From: an uncultured Acidimicrobiia bacterium
GTDB lineage: Bacteria; Actinomycetota; Acidimicrobiia; Acidimicrobiales; JACDCH01
Length of the DNA: 64,000 nt
Direction: 5' to 3'
Assembly (NCBI GenBank): GCA_963721305.1
Contig: CAVRIR010000005.1
Span: forward strand, 25,460 to 89,459
A program made the position numbers and the translations under genes. The notes below the pieces were generated by a model, which was not told the DNA's origin, made no database searches, and saw nothing but the letters and a program-made list of their open reading frames with translations. Shown in pieces: positions 9,986-19,461 of this stretch (within the stretch, counting starts at the first letter, position 1; each line of letters starts with the position of its first letter).

Positions 9986-11110
9986 TTGCGTCGCATCCAC
10001 ATGCTGTCCTGGCGCGACCTCGCCGACGTCGAGGCCGGTGGCTCGGAGGTGCACGCCGCGACGGTGGCTCGCCTGTGGGCGGAAGCGGGCGTCGAGATCA
10101 CGCTGCGCACGTCGTACGCGCAGGGCCAGGCGCCGGTCGTGACCCGCAACGGCTACAAGGTGATCCGCAAGGCCGGGAGGTACCTCGTCTTCCCACGAGC
10201 CGCGGGCTCGGAGGCACTCGGATGGCACGGTCCTCGCGACGGACTCGTCGAGATCTGGAACGGCATGCCGTTCTTCTCGCCGGTGTGGCGCCGGGGCCCG
10301 GGGATCGTGCTCCTGCACCACGTGCATGCCGAGATGTGGAACATGGTGCTGGGCAACGAGGCACCGTGGGCCGCGAACGTCGGGCAGACCGTCGAGAGCC
10401 GTATCGCGCCGCTCGTCTACCGCCGCACCAAGATCGTCACGCTCAGCCAGTCGTCGAAGGACGACATCGTCGAACTGATGAGACTGCCGGCTGCGAACAT
10501 CGAGGTGATCCCGCCGGGCATCGACCCGATGTTCACGCCCGGTGGCGAGCGCGCCGCCCACCCAATGGTCATGGCGGTCGGACGGCTCGTACCGGTCAAG
10601 CGGTACGAACGCCTCATTCGGGCCGTCGCACAGGCACATCGACGACATCCCGACCTCACGCTCACGATCGTGGGTGAGGGCTACGAACGCGAAGCGCTCG
10701 ACAACGTCGTGCGCGAGCTCGAGGCGACCGACTGGGTCTCGTTCGCCGGTCACGTCTCCGACAACGAACTGGTCGATCTCTACCGCCGGGCCTGGCTGGT
10801 AACGAGCGCGTCGGCCCGCGAAGGTTGGGGCATGTCGCTCACCGAAGCGGCGGCGTGCGGAACGCCCGCCGTAGCCACTCGGATCCCCGGTCACACCGAC
10901 GCTGTCGTCGAAGGCGAGACGGGCGTGCTCGTCGAGCGCGATGACGATCACGCGCTCGGCGATGCGATCGCCGATCTCATCGCAGACGACGAACGTCGGT
11001 CCCGATACGCGAGCGCTGGGCTCGCCCGGGCTGGGCGGTACTCGTGGGAGGCCACGGCCGCGGGCATCATGCGTGTGCTCGCCGCCGAAGCCACGCGCCA
11101 CCGCCGTTGA
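9986..11110 (+). CDS. glycosyltransferase family 4 (GT-B)
   Basis: C-terminal part of ORF 9578..11110: RRIHMLSWRDL...GRLVPVKRYERLI...ASAREGWGMSLTEAAACGTPAVATRIPGHTDAVVEGETGVL (E-x7-E type motif). Start uncertain: TTG 9986, ATG 10001 or GTG 9914. Confidence 0.8.
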   Translation: MRRIHMLSWRDLADVEAGGSEVHAATVARLWAEAGVEITLRTSYAQGQAPVVTRNGYKVIRKAGRYLVFPRAAGSEALGWHGPRDGLVEIWNGMPFFSPVWRRGPGIVLLHHVHAEMWNMVLGNEAPWAANVGQTVESRIAPLVYRRTKIVTLSQSSKDDIVELMRLPAANIEVIPPGIDPMFTPGGERAAHPMVMAVGRLVPVKRYERLIRAVAQAHRRHPDLTLTIVGEGYEREALDNVVRELEATDWVSFAGHVSDNELVDLYRRAWLVTSASAREGWGMSLTEAAACGTPAVATRIPGHTDAVVEGETGVLVERDDDHALGDAIADLIADDERRSRYASAGLARAGRYSWEATAAGIMRVLAAEATRHRR

Positions 11111-11172
11111 GGCACGCAGCACCGCGGCGGAGGCGCCGCCTCCGCCGTGGATGGACGCGCTCGTGGCGCGCG

Positions 11173-14100
11173 GTGATCCGGCGCTGGCCGCTGCTGGTCC
11201 TCGGCGCGATCTGTTACATCCCGCTGTTCTTCACCGCGCCCGGCGAGGTCGGGGCGGACACCAAGAGCTACCTGTACCTCGATCCCGCGCGACTGCTGTC
11301 ACGCGCGTCGTCGATGTGGGATCCCAACATCGGCTTCGGCACTGTCACGCACCAGAACATCGGCTACCTCTGGCCGATGGGGCCGTACTACTGGTTCGCG
11401 GACGTCACCGGCATCCCGATGTGGTTCGCGCAACGGGTGTGGCTCGGCTCGATCCTGTTCCTCGCCGGCGTCGGCATGTGGTTCCTGTTGCGCACGCTGC
11501 GCTTCGAGACGTTGCCGGCCGCGGTCGCCGCTTTCGCGTACGCGCTGACGCCGTACACGCTCACGCTCGCGGCGCGGCTATCCGTCATCCTGTTGCCCTT
11601 CGCGGGTTTGCCGTGGATGTTGGCGTTCACCATCCGCGCCATACGCCGCGGCGGTTGGCGCGATCCGGCGTTGTTCGCGCTCGTCGTGATGACGGTCGGC
11701 GGCGTGAACGCGACCGCGCTCGTGTTCGCGGGCGTCGCGCCGGTGTTGTGGTTCCCGTTCGCGATCTGGGTGACGAAGGAAGCGACGGTCCGACGGGCCG
11801 CAGGCCGCGTTCATACGCATCGGCGTGCTCACCCTGTTGACGTCGCTGTGGTGGATGGCCGGCCTGTCGGTGCAGAGCGGCTACGGCATCCAGATCCTGC
11901 AGTACACCGAGACGGCGGCAGTCGTCGCGTCGGCCGCCGTCGCACCCGAGCTCCTGCGGGGACTGGGCTACTGGTTCTTCTACGGCGGCGACCGGCTCGG
12001 ACCGTGGATCGAGCCGAGCGTCGACTACACGCAGCGGCTCTGGCTCATCGCGGTCACCTACTTGCTGCCGACGCTCGCGCTGCTCGGTGCGGCGATGAGC
12101 CGATGGAAGCACCGCGCGTACTTCGCCGTGCTGGTGTTCGTGGGGTTGTTCATCGCCGTCGGCGCGCATCCGTGGGACGACCCACCCCTGACCGGCCAAT
12201 GGTGGAAGGACCTCCTCAACAGCGACAAGGGCCTCGCCCTCCGGAGCACGCCGCGAGCCGTGCCCCTGATCGCGCTCGGCCTCGCGGTCTTCCTCGGACT
12301 CGGCGTCGCCACCCTGGCGCGGTCCGCGCCGCGGTTCGTGAAGCCAGCGGCGTTCACGCTGCTCGCGCTCGCGGTGTTGGGACTGCCGTCGCTGTTCACC
12401 GGCGACATGGTGGACGCCAACCTCGAGCGCGGCGACATCCCGCAGTACTGGCTCGACGCGATCTCCTCGTTCGACGCGCAACCGCACGACACGCGTGTGC
12501 TCGAGGTGCCTGGCATCGACTTCGCGTCGTACCGCTGGGGCAACACCGTCGACCCGATCACCCCGGGCCTGATGGATCGACCGTACGCCGCACGCGAGCT
12601 CATCCCCTACGGCTCACCGCCATCGAGCGACCTGCTCAACGCGTTCGATCGACGGTTGCAGGAGAACACACTCGACCCGCGCGCGGTGTCACCGATCGCG
12701 CGCCTTCTCGGCGTCGGCGACGTGGTCGCTCGCAACGACCTCCAGTACGAGCGGTACCGCGTGGCGCGGCCATACGAGGTGATGCCGCTGCTCGGCGCGT
12801 CGCCGGGCCTCGGCACGCCGACCGGGTTCGGACCGCTCGGTACGAACCAGCCGTCGCCGATCGCGCCGATGCAGGACGAAGCCGCGCTGCGCGACGACAC
12901 CGGCGCGCAGTATCAACCCGTCGTCGAGTTCCCCGTCGACGGGCAGCAACCGATCGTCCACACCGCGAGCGCGCAGCAGCCGATCATCGTCGCCGGTGAC
13001 GGCGAAGGGCTCGTCGGGCTGGCGTCCGCCGGCCTGATCAACGGCAACGAGCTCATCCAGTACGCGGGATCGTTCGCCGGTCAGCCCCAGCAGCTCGACG
13101 ACGCGATCAACCGAGATGCCTCACTCGTCGTGACCGACTCGAACCGCCGGCGCGGGCGCCGATGGAGCACGCTCCGAGACAACGTCGGCTACACCGAGCA
13201 GGCCGGCGAGACGCCCCTGCGCCAGGACCTCACCGACAACCGACTGCCGGTGTTCCCCGACGCCACCGACGACTCGTCCACGGTCGCGGAGTATCCCGGC
13301 GGCGTCTCGGCGCGCGCCACGAGCTACGGCAACCCGATCTCGTTCACGCCCGAGTACCGAGCCGCGAACGCGGTCGACGGCGATCTGCGAACGGCGTGGC
13401 AGACCGGTTCGTCGTCCGATGTCCGCGGCGAGGAGCTCGAGCTCGACTTCGCGCAACCGGTCACCACCGATCACATCACGGTGACCCAGTTGCTGACCGG
13501 CTTCCGCAACCGCTCCATCACGAACCTCGATCTCCGCTTCGACGGCAAGGACACCGTGCCGGTCGTGCTCGACCAGACGTCGAACACCTCGGCGGGCCAG
13601 GTGCTCAGGTTCCCCCAGCGGACGTTCTCGAAGCTCGAGCTCATCATCCGCGGCGACGACTCGGGCCGAGAGAGCAAGCCGCTGCGCCCCGCACGGTTCA
13701 ACGGCTTGTCCGAAGTCGGGTTCAGCGAGGTCGATGTCGACGGACGCCACGGCGACGAACTGATCCGTCTCCCGAAGGATCTCCTCGCCACAGCGGGTGC
13801 CGCGTCCGCCGACCATCCGCTCACGCTGTCGCTCGAGCGTCAGCGCATCGATCCGGCCGAGTCCGTCCGCCAGGACGAGGAGCTCGCGCTCGCCCGTGCA
13901 TGGACGTTGCCGACGGCACGCACGTTCGCGCTCACTGGCGAGGTGCGACTCAACGCGAACGCCGACGAGAACACCATCGACGCGCTCCTCGGCGTGGTCG
14001 GCCCGACCGCGACATCCACTCGCCGGTTGCCGGGAGACCTGCTGGCGCGAGCCACATCGGCGGTCGACGGTGATCCCGCGACCGCATGGTCGCCTGCGTT

Positions 14101-15571
14101 CGACACACCCCCCGCCGGCGGCGACGCGCTCGATCTGAACGCCGGGCGCCAAGTGAGCTTCGACCACCTCGACCTGCAGGTCGTCGCCGACGGGCGCCAC
14201 TCGGTGCCGACGCACCTGACCATCGACGCGGATGGCAAGGAGGCAGCGAGCGTGACGATCCCGCCGATCGCCGACCGCTCCGGCGCCCAGGGCGCGGCGG
14301 CGGTGACCACTGTCCCGATCGACCTGCCCGCCCAGGTCACCGGCACCGACATCCGCTTCGCGTTCGACTCCGTCCGCCAGGTCATCACGACCGACTGGTT
14401 CTCGAACCAGCCCGTCCAGATGCCGATCGCCATCGCAGAGCTCGGCGTCCCCGCGCTCACCACTTCGGTCCCGACCGGCGCATTCGACACGGGTTGCCGG
14501 TCCGACTTGCTGACCATCGACGACACGCCCGTCGACGTCGACATCACCGGCACCGTCGAGGACGCGACGAGCGGCAAGCCGATGCAGACGCGCTTGTGCG
14601 GATTGTCGGCCGACGGCATCTTCCTCGACAGTGGCGACCACGTGCTTCGGGCGGCGAAGGGCCTCGACACCGGCCTCGATCTCGACTCGCTCGTGCTGCA
14701 ATCGGCCGCAGGCGGAGGGGCGCCGGCCGCGGTCGGGCCCATCGACCCGTCACCCACGCCCAGCCCCGCGGTGAAGGTCGACAGCCAGGGACGCACGAAC
14801 TTCGATCTCAGCGTCAGCGGCGCCTCACCGAACCAGCCGTTCTGGCTCGTGCTCGGGCAGAGCAACAACAGCGGCTGGACAGCGTCCGTGAACGGCCATG
14901 ACCTCGGTAAGCCACAGCTCGTGGACGGCTACGCGAACGGTTGGTTGATCAGTCCGACATCGACCGACATGAAGGTCGCGTTGATCTGGACGCCGCAGCG
15001 AAACGTCTGGATCGCGCTCGGTCTCAGCGCGTTCGGCGCGTTGCTGTGCCTGGTCTTGGCCATCCGACGTCCGCGCGCGCTCGCGTTGCGCGCCGACGAC
15101 CCGGCACCCGAAGCGATCACGTGGCGGACGTTCGTGCGTTCGCGCGGCCGAGACGAGCCGTCCGTGCGCGCCGCGCTCCTCACCGCGCTGCTGGCCGGCA
15201 TCGTTGCCGGGGCCGTGATCGGACTCGTCGCGGGCGTCTTCACCGCGCTCGTCGTCGGCGGAGCAGCGCACCGCCGACGCTCGCGCTGGTGGCTCGCGCT
15301 CGGCGCGCCGGCGCTGCTCGGGCTGAGCGCGCTCTACGTGCTCGCCCGCCAGGCGCACACCAAGCCCACCGCCGCGTTCGAATGGCCCGCAGAGCTCTCC
15401 GCTGTCCATCAGGTGGGCTGGCTCGCGGTGGCCTTCCTCGTCGCGCTCGTGGTCGTCGACTGGTTGTGGGATCGCGTCAATCGCCGGTCTCGCTCGGAGG
15501 TCGCCGCTGTTGCTTCTGCTCACCACGACGACGCTTCGCCTCCAGGCGCCGACGACGAGCCGCCTGCGTAG
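11173..15571 (+). pseudogene. AftD/DUF3367-like alpha-(1->3)-arabinofuranosyltransferase family membrane protein with discoidin-like domains, one apparent +1 frameshift near 11795
   Basis: N-terminal piece in the frame of ORF 11044..12999: RRWPLLVLGAICYIPLFFTAPGEVGADTKSYLYLDPARLLSRASSMWDPNIGFGTVTHQNIGYLWPMGPYYW. It continues in ORF 11825..15571 (AAFIRIGVLTLLTSLWWMAGL...). Later NAVDGDLRTAWQTG and SAVDGDPATAWSP resemble F5/8 type C (discoidin) motifs. C-terminal TM helices are present. Confidence 0.7.
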
Positions 15572-15893
15572 GCGCGGTCGAGTGGCGCGCCTTCTCGACG
15601 CGGAGCGCGGCTTCGAGTCGTTGCGCCAGCCGCTGCTGCGCGAGCGCGCGGTTGCGACTCTGCGATCGCTCGTCGTCCACCGCCACCCGGATCGCGGGCC
15701 CGAACCGCTCGAGCAGGCGCGCCCGCTGGCGGGGTCCGAGCGACGGCGAGTTGGCGATGTCGAAGCGGACCTCGGCGCGTGTGTTGGAACGATTGGCATG
15801 CTGGCCGCCTGGGCCTCCGCTGGGCGTGAACCGCCACTCGAGCTCGTCGAGCGGGATCCGCAGCGACCGGTTGACCCTCAGCACGTGCTCCAC
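15477..15893 (-). CDS. arfB: alternative ribosome-rescue factor ArfB (peptidyl-tRNA hydrolase, GGQ domain)
   Basis: From GTG 15893: VEHVLRVNRSLRIPLDELEWRFTPSGGPGGQHANRSNTRAEVRF, followed by a basic C-terminal tail RRRRLEAKRRRGEQKQQRR. About 138 aa, typical for ArfB. Confidence 0.8.
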   Translation of the reverse strand: MEHVLRVNRSLRIPLDELEWRFTPSGGPGGQHANRSNTRAEVRFDIANSPSLGPRQRARLLERFGPAIRVAVDDERSQSRNRALAQQRLAQRLEAALRVEKARHSTAPTQAARRRRLEAKRRRGEQKQQRRPPSETGD

Positions 15894-15913
15894 GGCCTCG
15901 TAGGATCGCACGG

Positions 15914-16591
15914 GTGACGGAGCTCCCGGTTGTCCTGGTCCACGGGTTCGCAACCTCCGCGGCGCGGACCTGGGGCGAGAACGGATGGATCGACCTGCTC
16001 GGCGACGCCGGCCGATCGGTGGTCGCCATCGATCTTCTCGGGCACGGCACCGCCGACAAGCCCCACGATCCCGCCGCGTACGAAGCGATCGAGTCACTCG
16101 TCGTCGACCAACTGCCCGACGGGCGGTTCGATGCGATCGGGTTCTCGATGGGCGCGCGGGTCCTGCTGACGATCGCGGCCGACCATCCCGACCGCTTCGA
16201 GCACCTTGTCGTCGCGGGCGTCGGCGCCAACCTCTTCCGCGACGATCCACGCGATGCCATCGTCAAGGCGATCAGCGGCAACGCGCGTGACGACAATCCC
16301 GCGGCGCAGTACTTCGCCGGGCTCGCCGCGCAGCCGGGCAACGATCGCGACGCTCTCGTCGCGTTCATGAAGTCGCCGCGGCCGCGCCTGAACGACGAAC
16401 GCTTCGCAAAGGTCACCTGTCCGGTGCTCGTCGTGCTCGGCGATCGCGATTTCGCCGGGCCGGCCGATCCCCTCGTCGACGCGCTGCCGAACGCGAAGCT
16501 CGTCACGTTGCCCGGTGTCGACCACTTCGCCACGCCGAAGGACTATCGCTTCATCGACGCCGCGCTCGACTTCCTCGGGGTGTCGTTCTGA
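15914..16591 (+). CDS. alpha/beta hydrolase
   Basis: 225-aa ORF: VVLVHGFATS...AIGFSMGARVLL (GxSxG nucleophile elbow)...VLVVLGDRDF...GVDHF. Confidence 0.85.
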   Translation: MTELPVVLVHGFATSAARTWGENGWIDLLGDAGRSVVAIDLLGHGTADKPHDPAAYEAIESLVVDQLPDGRFDAIGFSMGARVLLTIAADHPDRFEHLVVAGVGANLFRDDPRDAIVKAISGNARDDNPAAQYFAGLAAQPGNDRDALVAFMKSPRPRLNDERFAKVTCPVLVVLGDRDFAGPADPLVDALPNAKLVTLPGVDHFATPKDYRFIDAALDFLGVSF

Positions 16592-16668
16592 GCAGTCGCG
16601 ATCGCGGCTTTGTTCTCGGGGTCGACCTCGACGGCGTCTGCGCTGACTACACGAGTGCGTTTCGTTCG

Positions 16669-17244
16669 GTGGTCGCGACCGAGCGGGGCATCGACACCGG
16701 CGCGCTCCCCGAGGAACGCGGATGGGACTTCGCCGAATGGGGACTCGCCGACCTCGGTGGGTTCGATGCGGTCCATCGCCGGGCCGTGCTCGAACATCGG
16801 ATGTTCCGTTCGATGCCGATCATGCCGGGCGCGCCGGACGCGCTCTGGCGGTTGTCCGACGCGGGCGTGTGGATCCGCATCATCACCCATCGCCTCTACG
16901 TGAACTGGGGCCACGCGATCGCGGTGAGCGACACCGTCGAATGGCTCGACCAGAACGCCATCCCATACCGGGACATCTGCTTCCTCGGCCGCAAGCCCGA
17001 AGTCGAGGCGGACTGCTACGTGGACGACAGCCCCGACGTGGTGGTGTCCCTGCGGCACGAGGGCAACCGGGTGATCGTGTTCGACGCGCCCTACAACACC
17101 CATCTCGGCGAGCCGCGGGCGACGAACTGGGACGAGGTCGAGCAGCTCGTCGAGGCGTTCGTGGCCGAGAGCGGGGTCGTCCTCCAGTCGACGTTGCCCG
17201 GCATAGACCCCGGCGTCGATCGCCTCCGCAACCGCATCGGCTGA
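16669..17244 (+). CDS. 5'(3')-deoxyribonucleotidase-like HAD-family nucleotidase (true start probably upstream, at or after 16588)
   Basis: ORF 16669..17244. The in-frame upstream sequence reads LSSRDRGFVLGVDLDGVCADY, which is HAD motif I (DxDxV), with no ATG/GTG/TTG before it. A CTG at 16588 overlaps the upstream TGA stop. Confidence 0.7.
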   Translation: MVATERGIDTGALPEERGWDFAEWGLADLGGFDAVHRRAVLEHRMFRSMPIMPGAPDALWRLSDAGVWIRIITHRLYVNWGHAIAVSDTVEWLDQNAIPYRDICFLGRKPEVEADCYVDDSPDVVVSLRHEGNRVIVFDAPYNTHLGEPRATNWDEVEQLVEAFVAESGVVLQSTLPGIDPGVDRLRNRIG

Positions 17245-18764
17245 TCCCAGCCCGTCTGCGTGTCAGGCGCCGAGGGTTGCTGCGCCACAGGTGTCGGTCG
17301 CCAGATGAGCGCGGCGACGAACACCAGCACGGCGAGAAAGGCGATCAGCAGAAACCACCCCGGCAGAGGTGGCGTCCACGCCGGGTCGCGCCAGAAGTCG
17401 ACTGCGCCGTCCGCACCGACGGAGTAGCGCCGAAGGGCTTGGGCGAACAACAGGAACTGCGCCACTACGAAGCACGCGCCGAAGACGATCGGTAGTCGGG
17501 ACCGCTCGACGACGCGTCCACCCGTGCTCCATGCCACCGCAAGAGCGGCGACGATCGGTACGCCCACCGCGAGGGGAAGCGTCCAGCGACCCTGCCACCC
17601 GAGGCCGATCTTCCGGGCTTGCGAGACGTCGATGGCAACGGGCACGAGAAGAGTGAGAACGACCAGCCCCAAGACGACGGCAGCGTGTCGGCGCGACGCG
17701 AACGCAAGCGCGAGGACGATCAGCGCGCCCACGCACACGGTCCACAGCACGTACGTGAGCTCCGGAGCCGGTGTGTCGAGCCAACCGACGACACCGATCA
17801 TCATCTTGTACTGCGTATTCGAGCCACCGAACGAACGTTGGAACAACGTCCAATCGCTGACGGGCCCGGGAGTCGGACCGTGGGGGTAGAGGTTGCCGAG
17901 CGGGCGCGCCACGAGGAGCCACGCGACCGCGGCCGCGATCGCGGCAACCAAGCCGAGACTCCACCTCCGCACCGAGCGCGAACGCACGAGCGCGCGCGCA
18001 CCAGCGCGCGACGCCAGCGCAACGCACGTCACGCCGATCAACCCGAGCCAGAGAGGCGAGAGTCCGCGCGCGACGACGAGCACGATCATCGCGATTGCCG
18101 CTCGGCGCACGACGACCCTGTCGACGTGCATTCGCGCATCATGCGCGAGGATCGCGCCGGAAGCCCACGCGCCGACGGCCGCGGCGATCTCGACACCGTT
18201 GGGATTCACCGTGCCGGACAGGAACAACGTCGTGGGGGTCAGCGCGAAGGCGAGGCCGGACGCGGCGAGCCATGCGGGGGCGACTGATCGAAGCGACAGG
18301 AAGGCAGAGGCGAGGAGCGCGGCGCAGATGAGTGCGCTCACGAATCGCATCAGGTAGACCCCCGCCGCCGACGTCTTGACGAGACTCGGGAGTCCGACCA
18401 CCGCGTAGAACGCGGGTGGGTCCAGCGCAACGTCGGTCGGTGCCCTGACGCTGGCCGAGTCGCTCGGCAACGCGCCGAAACACGACGCTGACAGCTCCGG
18501 CCGGAAGGCGAAGCATGGGACATACAGGGTCGGGTCGGCGTAGAAGGGGTTTGCCCCGGGCTTCACCAAATGTCCGGGAACGGTCACGACACGGTCGTAC
18601 GACCCGAGACCGGCAACTTTGTCCCCGAGCAGGTCCCCACGGGCAACCGACGCAGCGCGGATGACATGAGAGGCCTCGTCTGGAGCGGCAAAGACCGGCG
18701 TCGCGATCGCCCACAGGATCCCGAGCGCGGCGAACAGCCCGAACGGCAACCACCAGCCGCCCAT
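17091..18764 (-). CDS. DUF2142-like polytopic membrane protein
   Basis: ORF 17091..19292 from ATG 18764: MGGWWLPFGLFAALGILWAIATPVFAAPDEASHVIRAASVARGDL, then many TM helices. The last about 50 codons overlap the convergent nucleotidase gene and may be read-through. Confidence 0.75.
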   Translation of the reverse strand: MGGWWLPFGLFAALGILWAIATPVFAAPDEASHVIRAASVARGDLLGDKVAGLGSYDRVVTVPGHLVKPGANPFYADPTLYVPCFAFRPELSASCFGALPSDSASVRAPTDVALDPPAFYAVVGLPSLVKTSAAGVYLMRFVSALICAALLASAFLSLRSVAPAWLAASGLAFALTPTTLFLSGTVNPNGVEIAAAVGAWASGAILAHDARMHVDRVVVRRAAIAMIVLVVARGLSPLWLGLIGVTCVALASRAGARALVRSRSVRRWSLGLVAAIAAAVAWLLVARPLGNLYPHGPTPGPVSDWTLFQRSFGGSNTQYKMMIGVVGWLDTPAPELTYVLWTVCVGALIVLALAFASRRHAAVVLGLVVLTLLVPVAIDVSQARKIGLGWQGRWTLPLAVGVPIVAALAVAWSTGGRVVERSRLPIVFGACFVVAQFLLFAQALRRYSVGADGAVDFWRDPAWTPPLPGWFLLIAFLAVLVFVAALIWRPTPVAQQPSAPDTQTGWDQPMRLRRRSTPGSMPGNVDWRTTPLSATNASTSCSTSSQFVARGSPRWVL

Positions 18765-18923
18765 GAGTCGCTCGGGCAACCGCGCGAACACGAGGCGGCA
18801 ACGTAGCTGACCAAGGCGCGCCACCAACGGGACGGCCGACGATTCCCTCAGGAAATCGGCAGACCCCGCCGAAATTGAACCATCGCTGTCAATCGAGATG
18901 CCGACGACCGCTGGTCGCTGGCG

Positions 18924-19290
18924 GTGTTCGCCGCCGTGGCGGGGACTGCGGTGGTCGGGCTCTCCGCCACGTGGGCAGGTACTGCTGCCGCGCTCGGACG
19001 CTGGTTCGACAGGAGCGATCCGCTCGTCGCGAACGTCGTCCTCACGCTGATCTCCATCGGTCCCATCGCCTTCGCGCCGCCTGATGGTGTCCGTGGCGAA
19101 CCGCATCCGGGAAGCGATCGCTCCCGTCGGGGTGGCGGCGCGATTCGGAGGCGACGAGTTCGTCGCCGTCCACCCGGTGTCCGGACGCTCGGAGGCCGAC
19201 TCCGGACCATCGCCGCGGACGTCGATACCGCGGCACAGCTCGCGCAGCTGCGCCGGATCGGTTGCGACCGCGGCCGTTCCTCGGCGTCGC
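18924..19290 (+). pseudogene. degraded GGDEF-EAL (diguanylate cyclase/phosphodiesterase) remnant
   Basis: ORF 19084..19467 carries VANRIREAIAPVGVAARFGGDEFVAV (GGDEF motif at 19141). About 20 codons later, in another frame, TIAADVDTAAQLAQLRRIGCDRG resembles the end of an EAL domain (AEGVET..Q...L...GCD). Most of both domains is missing. Confidence 0.45.
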
Positions 19291-19461
19291 ACTCCCGGTC
19301 CAGGAGGTCGACCTGCTCGTTCTCAGGGTGCGCGCCCGACGACGTCAGGGCCCGACCGACGCGACCCCTTCCATCTTCGCGACCCCCGCGCCCTCCGCCA
19401 CCTCCGCCGCCCCCGCGCCCTCGCGGCCCATCCTCCCCGTCGCCCCCTCGATCACATTGAT

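Noticed and set aside
13121-14868. 526-aa and 342-aa minus-strand ORFs opposite the AftD-like gene
   Set aside because: Same shadow-ORF pattern. The plus-strand frame carries the recognisable domains.
19290-19460. Proline-rich protein (PPRPPPPPPPPRPRGPSSPSPP) at the end of ORF 18924..19460
   Set aside because: It is a translation artefact of a C-run tract downstream of a degraded gene, with no start context or domain.
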